A stretch of 64,000 nt of DNA from Oscillospiraceae bacterium (lineage in GTDB: Bacteria; Bacillota; Clostridia; Oscillospirales; Acutalibacteraceae), in NCBI GenBank assembly GCA_015065795.1, contig SVPO01000001.1, positions 4,453 to 68,452 on the forward strand. Direction: 5' to 3'. Shown here piece by piece: positions 17,344 through 27,172 of the stretch (positions are counted from its first letter, which is position 1; every line of letters begins with the position of its first letter). The position numbers and the translations under genes were made by a program. The notes below the pieces were generated by a model. The model was given only the letters and a program-made list of their open reading frames with translations, was not told where the DNA came from and did not search any database.

Positions 17344-17591
17344 TATGCCTGATTGTTATCCTGCTCCGCCGACGTTTCCTTGCCTGAAAGCAGCAGTGCG
17401 GCGGTCAGGCCGAAAAGCATACCGTAGACAGGGTTGATTCCCATCAGCGAGGCTAAAACGATGCCGCCGAAGAAGCCCATGCAGGCTTTTGCGGGACGGT
17501 GGGCAAGCTTGCCGCCGCTGAAGGCCGCGAACACGGCAGCCAGCACGCCGAGGGATACCCACGGCAGAGCCGCCGAACAGAATTCGTACAT
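17343..17591 (-). CDS. small membrane protein (2-3 TM), hypothetical
   Basis: Track ORF trimmed to MYEFCSAAL (AGGAGGCAAGAAA RBS). Last gene of the PadR operon. Confidence 0.5.
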   Translation of the reverse strand: MYEFCSAALPWVSLGVLAAVFAAFSGGKLAHRPAKACMGFFGGIVLASLMGINPVYGMLFGLTAALLLSGKETSAEQDNNQA

Positions 17592-17625
17592 TTTCTTGCC
17601 TCCTATGGCTTGACTGAAGATATCT

Positions 17626-18546
17626 TTACATACCGAAATCGACTTCCATTGCGCCGCCGGCAAAGTCAGAGATGTAGATCCTGTACTCTCCACTGTGCAG
17701 CAGTACGCGGATATCCTCCTCATGCACGTCCGCACCGGTGGCGGTGTAGACTGTTTCGCCGGCTTCGTTCACCATTGTGAAGGTCATGGGAGCGTCTGCC
17801 GTAACGTCAAGATCGATGTAATACAGGTCGGGATAGCTTACCTCGATGGTGTTCCACAGGCAGGCATCCTCAAGCTCGGCAGGGATAGCATCCATATATC
17901 CTGCACTCATGCTGGATTGCGTATTGGCGCGGCTGCACGAAAGCCATGTACTGCCGATACCGCACAGAAGGATGAGGATAATCGCCGCAGATGTCAGCGC
18001 AACATCACCCTTGCGGTTCTTGCTGCGGTCGGGGTTCTTCATGATATACACACCGCGTCCGATGAAGAACAGCAGCAGAGCGTATTCAATGAACAGAGCA
18101 AGAGTGGAAAGGGTCGGACGGTAAATCAGTAACGCGATGAGCAGGGCGGCAATGATTCCGCCGAAAATCAGCACGAAGGTGCCCAGCTTTGCCCAGCGGC
18201 TGTTCATCTCCTGCAGAGAGGAGCGGTCGGAGAATATCTCGTATTCATCCTCGGGAAGCTCGGGGTCATAGGGCTTGCGGAAATAGTGCCAGCCGTTGGC
18301 ACTGGAGCTGACGTGCTGCCAGCCGAACTCACGGAAGCTCTCGATGTAACCGGGCTTATCCTCCAGCTTGGGGCGGTAGTCCAGCTGGTAACGGTAACGG
18401 ACGCTCTCATCACGCTTGAATCTGCAGGAGAACATTCCTCCCTTCACCAGCTGCCAGCCCTGCTGGGACATTTTGTTGAGGTCTTCTATCTCGCGCTCGT
18501 AGTTCCATGCGGAATAAAGCTTGTGGGTGGTCTTGTACTTTCTCAT
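17626..18546 (-). CDS. DUF2812-domain membrane protein
   Basis: N-terminus YSAWNYEREIEDLNKMSQQGWQLVKGGMF..YRYQLDY is typical of DUF2812. 2 TM segments. Immediately downstream of PadR. Confidence 0.75.
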   Translation of the reverse strand: MRKYKTTHKLYSAWNYEREIEDLNKMSQQGWQLVKGGMFSCRFKRDESVRYRYQLDYRPKLEDKPGYIESFREFGWQHVSSSANGWHYFRKPYDPELPEDEYEIFSDRSSLQEMNSRWAKLGTFVLIFGGIIAALLIALLIYRPTLSTLALFIEYALLLFFIGRGVYIMKNPDRSKNRKGDVALTSAAIILILLCGIGSTWLSCSRANTQSSMSAGYMDAIPAELEDACLWNTIEVSYPDLYYIDLDVTADAPMTFTMVNEAGETVYTATGADVHEEDIRVLLHSGEYRIYISDFAGGAMEVDFGM

Positions 18547-18550
18547 ACTC

Positions 18551-18859
18551 TTACTCCTCTACATTCTCAAGCATTCTTCTCAGGCGGGCGATCTCGCTGC
18601 GCAGCGCCTCTCTGCCGTCGTCGGTCAGGCTGTACATACGCTTGCGCTCGGTTCCCGGCTCGTTGGACATGACCTCGGTGATCCAGCCCTTCTTCATCAT
18701 GTTGCTGGTGGCACCGTACATGGTACCGGAGCCGATCCTGACATCGCCGCCCGACAGCCGCTCGGTCATCTGCATGATGCCGTAGCCGTGGTTGGCTCCC
18801 TTGGACAGACACAGCAGGATGTAGTAATAGCTCTCGGATATAGGTTCAGTTTTTTTCAC
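18551..18859 (-). CDS. PadR-family transcriptional regulator
   Basis: GTG start with GGAG RBS. YYILLCLSKGANHGYGIMQ...GTMYGATSNMMKKGWI winged-helix signature. Confidence 0.85.
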   Translation of the reverse strand: MKKTEPISESYYYILLCLSKGANHGYGIMQMTERLSGGDVRIGSGTMYGATSNMMKKGWITEVMSNEPGTERKRMYSLTDDGREALRSEIARLRRMLENVEE

Positions 18860-18865
18860 TTTGAT

Positions 18866-19096
18866 TCACTCCTTTTCCGACGTTTGCTCGTCTTTACAAT
18901 CCTTATTTGCGCTGTGTTTTGCCAGCTCGCGGACGGTGAAGAATATGGATAATGCCGCGCAGAACATAGTGACTATACCGATGACGCGGACAACCCAATC
19001 GGGTGCAACGCCCTCAAGGTGCCCCACATTCATCAACAGCACGCCTAATGTGGTAGTAATCATACTCATCATTGCAAGCTTGTTGTTCTTTTCCAT
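18866..19096 (-). CDS. small 2-TM membrane protein, hypothetical
   Basis: Track ORF trimmed to MEKNNK (AAGGAGGAAAG RBS). Its ATG overlaps the upstream stop (TAATG). Confidence 0.45.
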   Translation of the reverse strand: MEKNNKLAMMSMITTTLGVLLMNVGHLEGVAPDWVVRVIGIVTMFCAALSIFFTVRELAKHSANKDCKDEQTSEKE

Positions 19097-19263
19097 TATC
19101 TTTCCTCCTTGATCTGTCTTTGCGCGAAGGTCAGCACAACGCACGCTCCCATAATTACCGTGGCAGCAACAAGACTGTGCCCGTCACTGTCCATGCTCAG
19201 GCTGAGCAGAGCCATTATCAGCGCTGCAAACGCCAGCCATCTTATCTTCTTGTCTGTGCTCAT
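19096..19263 (-). CDS. small 2-TM membrane protein (55 aa), hypothetical
   Basis: Not in the track (under 60 aa). MSTDKKIRWLAFAALIMALLSLS...VIMGACVVLTFAQRQIKEER. First ORF after the promoter, coupled to the next ORF. Confidence 0.35.
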   Translation of the reverse strand: MSTDKKIRWLAFAALIMALLSLSMDSDGHSLVAATVIMGACVVLTFAQRQIKEER

Positions 19264-19312
19264 AATACTCTGATCTCCGTGTGTCGTCGTTCGTTATGTC
19301 ATAACTCGCTAT

Positions 19313-19357
19313 GTCGTCCGACGACTATATCATAGCACGACATATGTCGTCTGTCAA
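19313..19357 (-). promoter_or_regulatory. promoter of the PadR operon with embedded palindromic operators
   Basis: Minus strand reads TTGACA - 17 nt - TATGAT. The spacer is the 14-bp perfect palindrome ACGACATATGTCGT (19337-50). A second palindrome, GTCGTCCGACGAC (19313-25), sits just downstream of the -10. Confidence 0.6.
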
Positions 19358-19503
19358 CATAGTTTTCGAAATTTTCTGAACTTTTTATCCGGAGCGGATT
19401 TTCCGCGCAGTGAAAAAGGGAGGATGAAAACAACCTCCCTTCCACCGAAATTGGCTGAGTGATGCAGATTTCGGTGTGCAGATATCGATTGATTCACGCA
19501 AAA

Positions 19504-19536
19504 ACGGCTGCCGCAGAATGGCTCTGCAGCAGCCGT
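19504..19536 (-). terminator. intrinsic terminator of the XRE gene; copy 1 of a 31-bp repeated hairpin
   Basis: CGGCTGCCGCAGAATGGCTCTGCAGCAGCCG (19505-35). The minus strand is followed by TTTTT. Confidence 0.75.
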
Positions 19537-19542
19537 TGATTA

Positions 19543-19848
19543 TCAGATTTTGTTCATCAGTTCAAGGAGCGCGTCCTGCACCTCCGGAGTCAGCCGCGAC
19601 CAGTTTTCCAGCAGCTTCTTCTGGGACGGCGTGAGGGAAACCGGCGTATCGCCCTCGGCAAACATCTGGGACAGGGTTATCCCGAAGGCATCGCATATCT
19701 TCTCAAGAGAGGGCACAGTTGGGATCATATTTTTCCGGTACCATGATGAAATGGTGGATTGAGGCAGACCGGAGCGCTCAGCAAGCTGGTATTCCGTCCA
19801 GCCCCGATCGGAGCGCAAACGGGTAATGGATGCCAGTATGTCTTTCAC
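19543..19848 (-). CDS. XRE-family helix-turn-helix transcriptional regulator
   Basis: GTG start with GAGGGGGGAG RBS. WTEYQLAERSGLPQSTISSWYRKNMIPTVPSLEKICDAFGITLSQMF. Confidence 0.8.
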   Translation of the reverse strand: MKDILASITRLRSDRGWTEYQLAERSGLPQSTISSWYRKNMIPTVPSLEKICDAFGITLSQMFAEGDTPVSLTPSQKKLLENWSRLTPEVQDALLELMNKI

Positions 19849-19982
19849 GGTGCTCCCCCCTCTTGTTTTTCGTTAATTATACTTCAACAAGTCGTTGCAT
19901 TTTAGTGCTTTTAATCGTATAATAAATACGTTGCACGCAACTATATGAGGAGGGATTTATCATTCGCAGCTGTACCTGTTTC

Positions 19983-20438
19983 ATGTTCGGGCACAGAGAC
20001 AGCCCGAGCGGGATCATGCCCTTACTGATCTCTGCTGTGGAGAATCACATATCGAAGTATGGTGTTAAGTGTTTCATAGTTGGCAATTACGGACAGTTTG
20101 ACAAGCTCGCAGCCAGTGCGGTCACTTTCTGTAAAAAAACTCATCCTGAAATCAGTCTCCTTATGCTCCTGCCGTATCATCCAACAGAGAGACCAGTAAA
20201 ACTGTCATGTGTATTTGACGGTTCATATTATCCTCCCGATATGGAAACTGTGCCGCGAAAGATCGCGATCGTCAGAGCCAATCAATGCGCTGTAGATCAT
20301 TCAGGATATATCATCGCGTATATGAGCCGCAGCGCAGGAAACACCGCTAATCTTCTGGCATACGCACAGCGCAGAGGAACCAACGGCAGGAAAAATATCA
20401 CTCTGCTGAAGCGTTCCGACGATTTGACCTCATATTGA
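19983..20438 (+). CDS. DUF1273 / YpsA-like SLOG-domain protein
   Basis: FGHRD..., FIVGNYGQFD and AGNTANLLAYAQRRG motifs. The frame is open back to 19926 and GAGGAGGG (19947-54) precedes in-frame ATC/ATT (19959/19962), so the true start is probably upstream of the track ATG. Confidence 0.7.
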   Translation: MFGHRDSPSGIMPLLISAVENHISKYGVKCFIVGNYGQFDKLAASAVTFCKKTHPEISLLMLLPYHPTERPVKLSCVFDGSYYPPDMETVPRKIAIVRANQCAVDHSGYIIAYMSRSAGNTANLLAYAQRRGTNGRKNITLLKRSDDLTSY

Positions 20439-20439
20439 A

Positions 20440-20476
20440 AACCGGCTGCCGCAGAATGGCTCTGCAGCAGCCGGTT
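20440..20476. terminator. bidirectional terminator (groEL / SLOG gene); copy 2 of the 31-bp repeated hairpin
   Basis: The same 31-mer lies at 20443-73. It has an A-tract on one side and T-rich sequence on the other. Confidence 0.75.
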
Positions 20477-20497
20477 GCTTGTTTATCTATCGTGGAA

Positions 20498-22132
<1,635 letters not shown>

Positions 22133-22158
22133 TTAACCTCCGTTATGTGTTAGCTTAA

Positions 22159-22443
22159 TTATTCGACAACAGCGAGAATGTCGTTCTGGCGGACGATGTT
22201 GTATTCCTCGCCGTCCACCTTGACCTCAGTGCCTGCATACTTGCTGGTGATGACCTTGTCGCCGACCTTGACAGTCATGGTGATCTCCTTGCCGTCAACC
22301 ATGCCGCCGGGACCGACAGCGATGACCTCGGCGATCTGAGGCTTTTCCTGAGCGGCTGCAGTAAGGATGATGCCGCTGGCAGTGGTCTCCTCAGCCTGGC
22401 ACAGACGAACGACCACGCGGTCGAACAACGGTTTGATAGTCAT
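22159..22443 (-). CDS. groS: co-chaperonin GroES (Hsp10)
   Basis: Track ORF trimmed to MTIKPLFDRVVV (AGGAGGA RBS), 94 aa. Confidence 0.95.
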   Translation of the reverse strand: MTIKPLFDRVVVRLCQAEETTASGIILTAAAQEKPQIAEVIAVGPGGMVDGKEITMTVKVGDKVITSKYAGTEVKVDGEEYNIVRQNDILAVVE

Positions 22444-22481
22444 GCTTGTATCCTCCTGTAAAATCATTGCTTATCATGTCG

Positions 22482-22508
22482 TTAGCACTCGACGCCCCCG
22501 AGTGCTAA
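22482..22508 (-). promoter_or_regulatory. CIRCE operator (HrcA binding site)
   Basis: Perfect TTAGCACTC-N9-GAGTGCTAA between the promoter and groES. Confidence 0.9.
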
Positions 22509-22512
22509 ATCT

Positions 22513-22540
22513 ATTCTAATCATTTTCCGTGAAAAATCAA
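22513..22540 (-). promoter_or_regulatory. groESL promoter
   Basis: Minus strand reads TTGATT - 16 nt - TAGAAT, 4 nt upstream of CIRCE. Confidence 0.6.
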
Positions 22541-22668
22541 TAGGCAATTGGTAAAAATATGTATCTTCACAAATATTTAACATTGTGTATTATTGCGCCG
22601 CGGCGGCTTTTCGCCTGCTGTTTTCTGTAGTATAATTATTATATTCTGACGACTGGGAGGTTTATCAC

Positions 22669-23283
22669 ATGACCGGCAAAGAATATATTGAAAAGCTGAA
22701 AAAAGCCTATGTCGAGCGCGGACTCGCCGAAGAATGCAATCATCTTTTCAGCATTGCCCACGGCATATCGGCGGCTGACAGGGAGCTGCTTCTTGCGGAG
22801 TATCCTGATTTCCCCGAAAGCCTGATGGAGATACTGGAAGCAGTGGACGGAACCTACTGGCGCGATTACGGCGGCGAGAAGGTCACCTTCTACTTCTTTG
22901 GCTCCGATGTGGACGACGGCGAGTATCCCTACTATCTGTTTTCCGCGAAGGATATCATGGACAACAAGGATGCCGCATCTAACTTTGGTGATCTGTTCTA
23001 TTATTTCCTCGAGGAGCCTGATGAGGTCTTTGGTCCGTTCATTGACGAGCGCATACACATGAACGCCGATGAACTGCGGTGGCTGAATTTCTCCGACTGC
23101 ATGAACAACGGCGGCACGTCAAGCCTTTTCGTCGATTTCACTCCCTCCGAAAAGGGCGTCAGGGGACAGATCGTGAGATTCCTCCACGACCCTGATCAGC
23201 TCTCGGTCATCGCGGACAGCTTCGATGAATTTCTCGATATGCTGGCGGCGAAGGATTTCAGATTCATCGATATCGACGACTGA
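22669..23283 (+). CDS. SMI1/KNR4 (SUKH-1) family protein
   Basis: GGGAGG RBS. About 200 aa with the ...LLLAEYPDFPESLMEILEAVDG... and ...LFSAKDI... pattern typical of SMI1/KNR4. Confidence 0.65.
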   Translation: MTGKEYIEKLKKAYVERGLAEECNHLFSIAHGISAADRELLLAEYPDFPESLMEILEAVDGTYWRDYGGEKVTFYFFGSDVDDGEYPYYLFSAKDIMDNKDAASNFGDLFYYFLEEPDEVFGPFIDERIHMNADELRWLNFSDCMNNGGTSSLFVDFTPSEKGVRGQIVRFLHDPDQLSVIADSFDEFLDMLAAKDFRFIDIDD

Positions 23284-23349
23284 CCTCTGCGGTGTCGGGT
23301 GCTTATGCTTCCGATGCCGCATTATTTTGTTCATCAGGCACAACTGCCG

Positions 23350-23378
23350 TTGACAATACGCTCGTTTTTTGCTAATAT
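23350..23378 (+). promoter_or_regulatory. promoter of the kinase-ROK-nagA operon
   Basis: TTGACA - 17 nt - TAATAT. Confidence 0.65.
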
Positions 23379-23456
23379 TATCCTGTATATTTGTGTGCGT
23401 TTCACTAATTTTGCGGCATGGCTGCCGCAGAGCACATACAGACAGGAGACTGCCTT

Positions 23457-24557
23457 ATGAACACAGAAAAAGCCCTTGCAATTTTCAGCAATTTTGCTGT
23501 TGAGGACGAGGTCGTCGACATCCGTCCCTTCGGCGGCGGTCACATCAACGACACCTACCTTGTCACCTGCGCAAACAGCAAATACACCCTGCAGCGCATC
23601 AATGACGCCGTCTTTACCCGACCTGTGCAGGTCATGGAGAACATCCTGCGTATCACCCGGCATCTTGCCGCCAAGATCAGCGCGGCAGGCGGCGATCCCA
23701 CGCGCGAGACACTGAACGTGATCCTCACCCGAGACGGCGGAAACCATTACCACGACGAGGACGCCGGTTATTTCCGCGTGTTCACCTTTGTGGACGGTGC
23801 CCGTTCCTATCCAAAGGTTGAGCAGCCGGTGCATTTCTATAATGCGGCGCGCGCTTTCGGCAAGTTCCAGAATATGCTTTCCGATTTCCCTGCAGCTGAG
23901 CTGCACGAGACCATTCCTAACTTTCACAACACCGTTTCCCGTTATAACGATCTGCTCAAGGCAGCAGAGAGCGACACCGCCGGACGGCGTGCCTCGGTGG
24001 AGGCAGAGCTGCAGTTCGCCTTGGACCGCAAGGACAAGTGCGCACTGATTCTCAACGCCATCGAAGCCGGTGAGGTTCCCGTGCGCGTCACTCACAACGA
24101 CACCAAGTACGACAACATCCTCATCGACGACGAGAGCGGCGAGGGCATCTGCATCATCGATCTGGACACCGTCATGCCCGGCTCAATGCTGTACGATTAC
24201 GGCGATTCCCTGCGCTTCGGCACCAACGCAGGCGCTGAGGACGATCAGAACCTTGACAACGTATACTGCGACCTCGAGCTGTTCGAGCAGTTCACCAAGG
24301 GCTACCTTGAGGTGCTGGGCAAGGAGCTGACCGACAGGGAGATCGAGCTCATGCCCATGGCAGGTCAGATCATCACACTGGAGTGCGGTATGCGCTTCCT
24401 GACCGACCACCTCAACGGCGACACCTATTTCCGCATCCATCGCCCCGATCACAATCTCGACCGCGCCCGTGCCCAGTTCAAGCTGGTTGCCGACATGGAG
24501 GCACGCTGCGACGAGATGATGGCCATTGTTAATAAATACAAGGAGATTTACTGCTGA
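23457..24557 (+). CDS. N-acetylhexosamine 1-kinase-like (APH-fold) sugar kinase
   Basis: Track ORF trimmed to MNTEKAL (AGGAG RBS). FGGGHINDTYLV, VTHNDTKYDNILID and IIDLDTVMPG motifs. Confidence 0.7.
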   Translation: MNTEKALAIFSNFAVEDEVVDIRPFGGGHINDTYLVTCANSKYTLQRINDAVFTRPVQVMENILRITRHLAAKISAAGGDPTRETLNVILTRDGGNHYHDEDAGYFRVFTFVDGARSYPKVEQPVHFYNAARAFGKFQNMLSDFPAAELHETIPNFHNTVSRYNDLLKAAESDTAGRRASVEAELQFALDRKDKCALILNAIEAGEVPVRVTHNDTKYDNILIDDESGEGICIIDLDTVMPGSMLYDYGDSLRFGTNAGAEDDQNLDNVYCDLELFEQFTKGYLEVLGKELTDREIELMPMAGQIITLECGMRFLTDHLNGDTYFRIHRPDHNLDRARAQFKLVADMEARCDEMMAIVNKYKEIYC

Positions 24558-25900
24558 TGATAAAGCCCGTACTTGACCACGACTTTATTCCTGCCCGCGT
24601 GTGGAACGACGAGTTCCTCAAAACAGCCACAAAGCCCTTCTGCATGGCAGTTGAGCGCGAGGACGGTCTGGTGCTGCGCATCGACACCTTCCTTGGCGAC
24701 GATGTCGAAAAGAACAAGTTCTTTGTGGAGCGCAAGATCAAGACCATGCTGTGGGCCGCAGGCGGCTGGAAGGTCCTGCTGGCAGGCGACCACGAGATAT
24801 ATGAATACATAAAAGAAGCATACAGCGCCGACGGTCTGCGTGCCTTTGACGTTGACTTCTGGAGCACCGTATACCAGAAGCCCTTTGAGGTCGAGGAACG
24901 CGATTTTGACGCTATCCCCCAGACCTCGGTCAATCCCCTGCCCATCGGCCGTCATCTGGACGGCTGCCGCGTAGGCTTTGACGCAGGCGGTAGCGACATC
25001 AAGGTGTCCAGCGTTGTGGACGGCGAGGTGGTCTTCTCTCAGGAGATCGTATGGCTGCCCAAGGTCAACTCCGACGTAAATTACCACTACAAGCATGTCA
25101 AGGAAGCCATCGAGCTGGCTGCCTCCAAGATGCCCCGATGCGACGCTGTGGGCGTCAGCTCTGCCGGTGTTATCGTCAAGAGCCGTCCCATGCAGTGTTC
25201 CCTGTTCATGGCTGTCCCCAAGGACACCGAGGAGCAGAGAGAATCCTTCCGCAACATCTATCTTGAGACCGGAAAGCAGCTGGGCGTTCCCATGGTAGTC
25301 GCCAACGACGGTGACATCGCCGCTCTGGCAGCTTCCATGGCTCTTGATAAGAACGCGGTGCTGGGCATCGCCATGGGCACCAGCGAGGCAGGCGGCTATG
25401 TTGACCGCGACGGTCACGTCACCGGCTGGCAGAACGAGCTGGCTTTTGCCCCCGTTGACTACAACGTGAACGCAGAGCGCGACGACTGGTCCCTGGACTT
25501 CGGCGTGGGAGCGAGCTATTTCTCCCAGTACGCCGTTATCCGTCTGGCTCCCAGGGCAGGCATCGACCTTGCCGAGGAGCTGACTCCTGCCGAGAAGCTC
25601 AAGGTCGTGCAGGATCTGCTGGAGCAGGGTCACAAGGGCGCTGAGCAGATCTTTGAGAGCATCGGTACCTATTTCGGCTATGCCATCGCCAACTACTCCC
25701 TGTTCTACGACATTGACCACCTGCAGATCTCCGGACGCGTTACCTCCGGTCGCGCAGGCGGCATCATCATCGACAAGGCACGCGAGGTCCTCGCCGCCGA
25801 GTATCCCGAGCTGAACGAGAAGATCAATCTGTTCCTGCCCGGTGAATACGAGCGCAGAATCGGTCAGTCCGTGGCGGCAGCAAGTCTTGTGAGCCTGTAA
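24557..25900 (+). CDS. ROK-family sugar kinase-like protein with ~130-aa N-terminal extension
   Basis: ATGA overlap with the upstream stop. VGFDAGGSDIK (DxGGT/S-type ATP site) and GIAMGTSEAGGYV motifs. Confidence 0.7.
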   Translation: MIKPVLDHDFIPARVWNDEFLKTATKPFCMAVEREDGLVLRIDTFLGDDVEKNKFFVERKIKTMLWAAGGWKVLLAGDHEIYEYIKEAYSADGLRAFDVDFWSTVYQKPFEVEERDFDAIPQTSVNPLPIGRHLDGCRVGFDAGGSDIKVSSVVDGEVVFSQEIVWLPKVNSDVNYHYKHVKEAIELAASKMPRCDAVGVSSAGVIVKSRPMQCSLFMAVPKDTEEQRESFRNIYLETGKQLGVPMVVANDGDIAALAASMALDKNAVLGIAMGTSEAGGYVDRDGHVTGWQNELAFAPVDYNVNAERDDWSLDFGVGASYFSQYAVIRLAPRAGIDLAEELTPAEKLKVVQDLLEQGHKGAEQIFESIGTYFGYAIANYSLFYDIDHLQISGRVTSGRAGGIIIDKAREVLAAEYPELNEKINLFLPGEYERRIGQSVAAASLVSL

Positions 25901-26019
25901 TTATTCGCCTTTCCCGGAGATTTACGAAATCCATGCGGTCGTGCGCAGGCGGAAGCGAGAAAGAGGTTTCTGAACAGACTTTCGTTCTTCTCCCTCCGTC
26001 ACTTCCGTTGGTCGTGCCA

Positions 26020-26038
26020 CCTCCCTCTGAGAGGGAGG
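26020..26038 (+). other. 8-bp GC hairpin pairing an anti-SD-like CCTCCCTC with an SD-like GAGGGAGG, inside the ROK-nagA spacer
   Basis: CCTCCCTC-TGA-GAGGGAGG. No T-tract follows. Confidence 0.5.
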
Positions 26039-26095
26039 CAAACGGATTTCCGACTTTCAGCCAAAACACTTTCATTACAGAAAGGACAGACAATC

Positions 26096-27160
26096 ATGAT
26101 CCTTAAGAATCTGAGCATAAACGGCAATCCCAGTGACATCTATATCGAGGACGGCAAGATCGCAAAGATCACCGCTCACGATCCTTCCGTTGAGGGCGAG
26201 GATTTCGGCGGTGCCATCGCTATCCCCGGTCTTGTGGACATCCACACCCACGGCTGCGCCGGTCATGACACCATGGACGCGGAGTTCGCGGGAATGTGCA
26301 AATTCCTTGCCGAGAACGGCACCACCTCCTGGTGCCCCACCACCATGACCATGGACATCGACTCCATCCGCCGCACCATGTCCGCCGACACCGACTGCCC
26401 CGGCGCGGACATCCTCGGTTTCCACATGGAAGGCCCCTACATCTCCCCAAAATTCAAGGGCGCACAGAACGAGAAGTTCATCAAGGCCCCCGATATCGAG
26501 GAGTTCGAGACCCTGCCCAACGTGAAGATCGTCACCCTCGCTCCCGAGCTTGAGGGCAGCATGGAATTCATCTCCCGCAGCAAGGTCGCCTGCTCCATCG
26601 GTCACACCGCCGCCGACTACGACACCTGCATCAAGGCTATCGAAGCAGGCGCGGTCTGCCTGACCCACACCTTCAACGCCATGCCTCCCATCCATCACCG
26701 CAACCCCGGCCCCATCGGTGCTGCTTCCGAGCGTCAGATCTACGCTCAGGTCATCAGCGACGGTCTGCACCTGCACAAGGCTGCCGTGCTGATGCTGTAC
26801 AGGCTGTTCGGTCCGGAGCGCATGGTGCTCATCAGCGACAGCATGAGAGCCACCGGTCTTTCCGACGGCGAATACGAATTCGGCGGACAGACCATTCAGG
26901 TCGTCGACGGTGTCGCGCGCACCATGGACGGTGCCATCGCCGGTTCCACCTCCACCCTGTGGCAGTGTGTCAACGTGGCGGTCAACGACTTCGGTATCCC
27001 CTTTGAGGACGCTGTGCGCATGGCAACCCGTACTCCTGCCGAGCTGATCGGCGTGGATAACAAGGGTCGTCTGGAAGCCGGCTGCGACGCCGACATCCTC
27101 ATTCTCAACGCCGACCGCTCTCTTGACCGCGTCATCATCGGCGGCGAGTTTGTCAGATAA
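26096..27160 (+). CDS. nagA: N-acetylglucosamine-6-phosphate deacetylase
   Basis: GLVDIHTHGCAGHD, GFHMEGPYISP, HTFNAM and SDSMRA motifs. Confidence 0.9.
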   Translation: MILKNLSINGNPSDIYIEDGKIAKITAHDPSVEGEDFGGAIAIPGLVDIHTHGCAGHDTMDAEFAGMCKFLAENGTTSWCPTTMTMDIDSIRRTMSADTDCPGADILGFHMEGPYISPKFKGAQNEKFIKAPDIEEFETLPNVKIVTLAPELEGSMEFISRSKVACSIGHTAADYDTCIKAIEAGAVCLTHTFNAMPPIHHRNPGPIGAASERQIYAQVISDGLHLHKAAVLMLYRLFGPERMVLISDSMRATGLSDGEYEFGGQTIQVVDGVARTMDGAIAGSTSTLWQCVNVAVNDFGIPFEDAVRMATRTPAELIGVDNKGRLEAGCDADILILNADRSLDRVIIGGEFVR

Positions 27161-27172
27161 CGGAGGCTTATC

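Noticed and set aside
23310-23420. Possible invertible promoter: 13-bp imperfect inverted repeats (ATGCCGCATTATT / AATTTTGCGGCAT) flank the TTGACA-17-TAATAT promoter. A 14-mer (TCCGATGCCGCATT) is shared with the 44-bp hairpin repeats.
   Set aside because: An 11/13 inverted repeat and a single shared 14-mer are within chance expectation for 64 kb (I estimate several random 14-mer coincidences). No invertase is nearby. Not reported as a finding.
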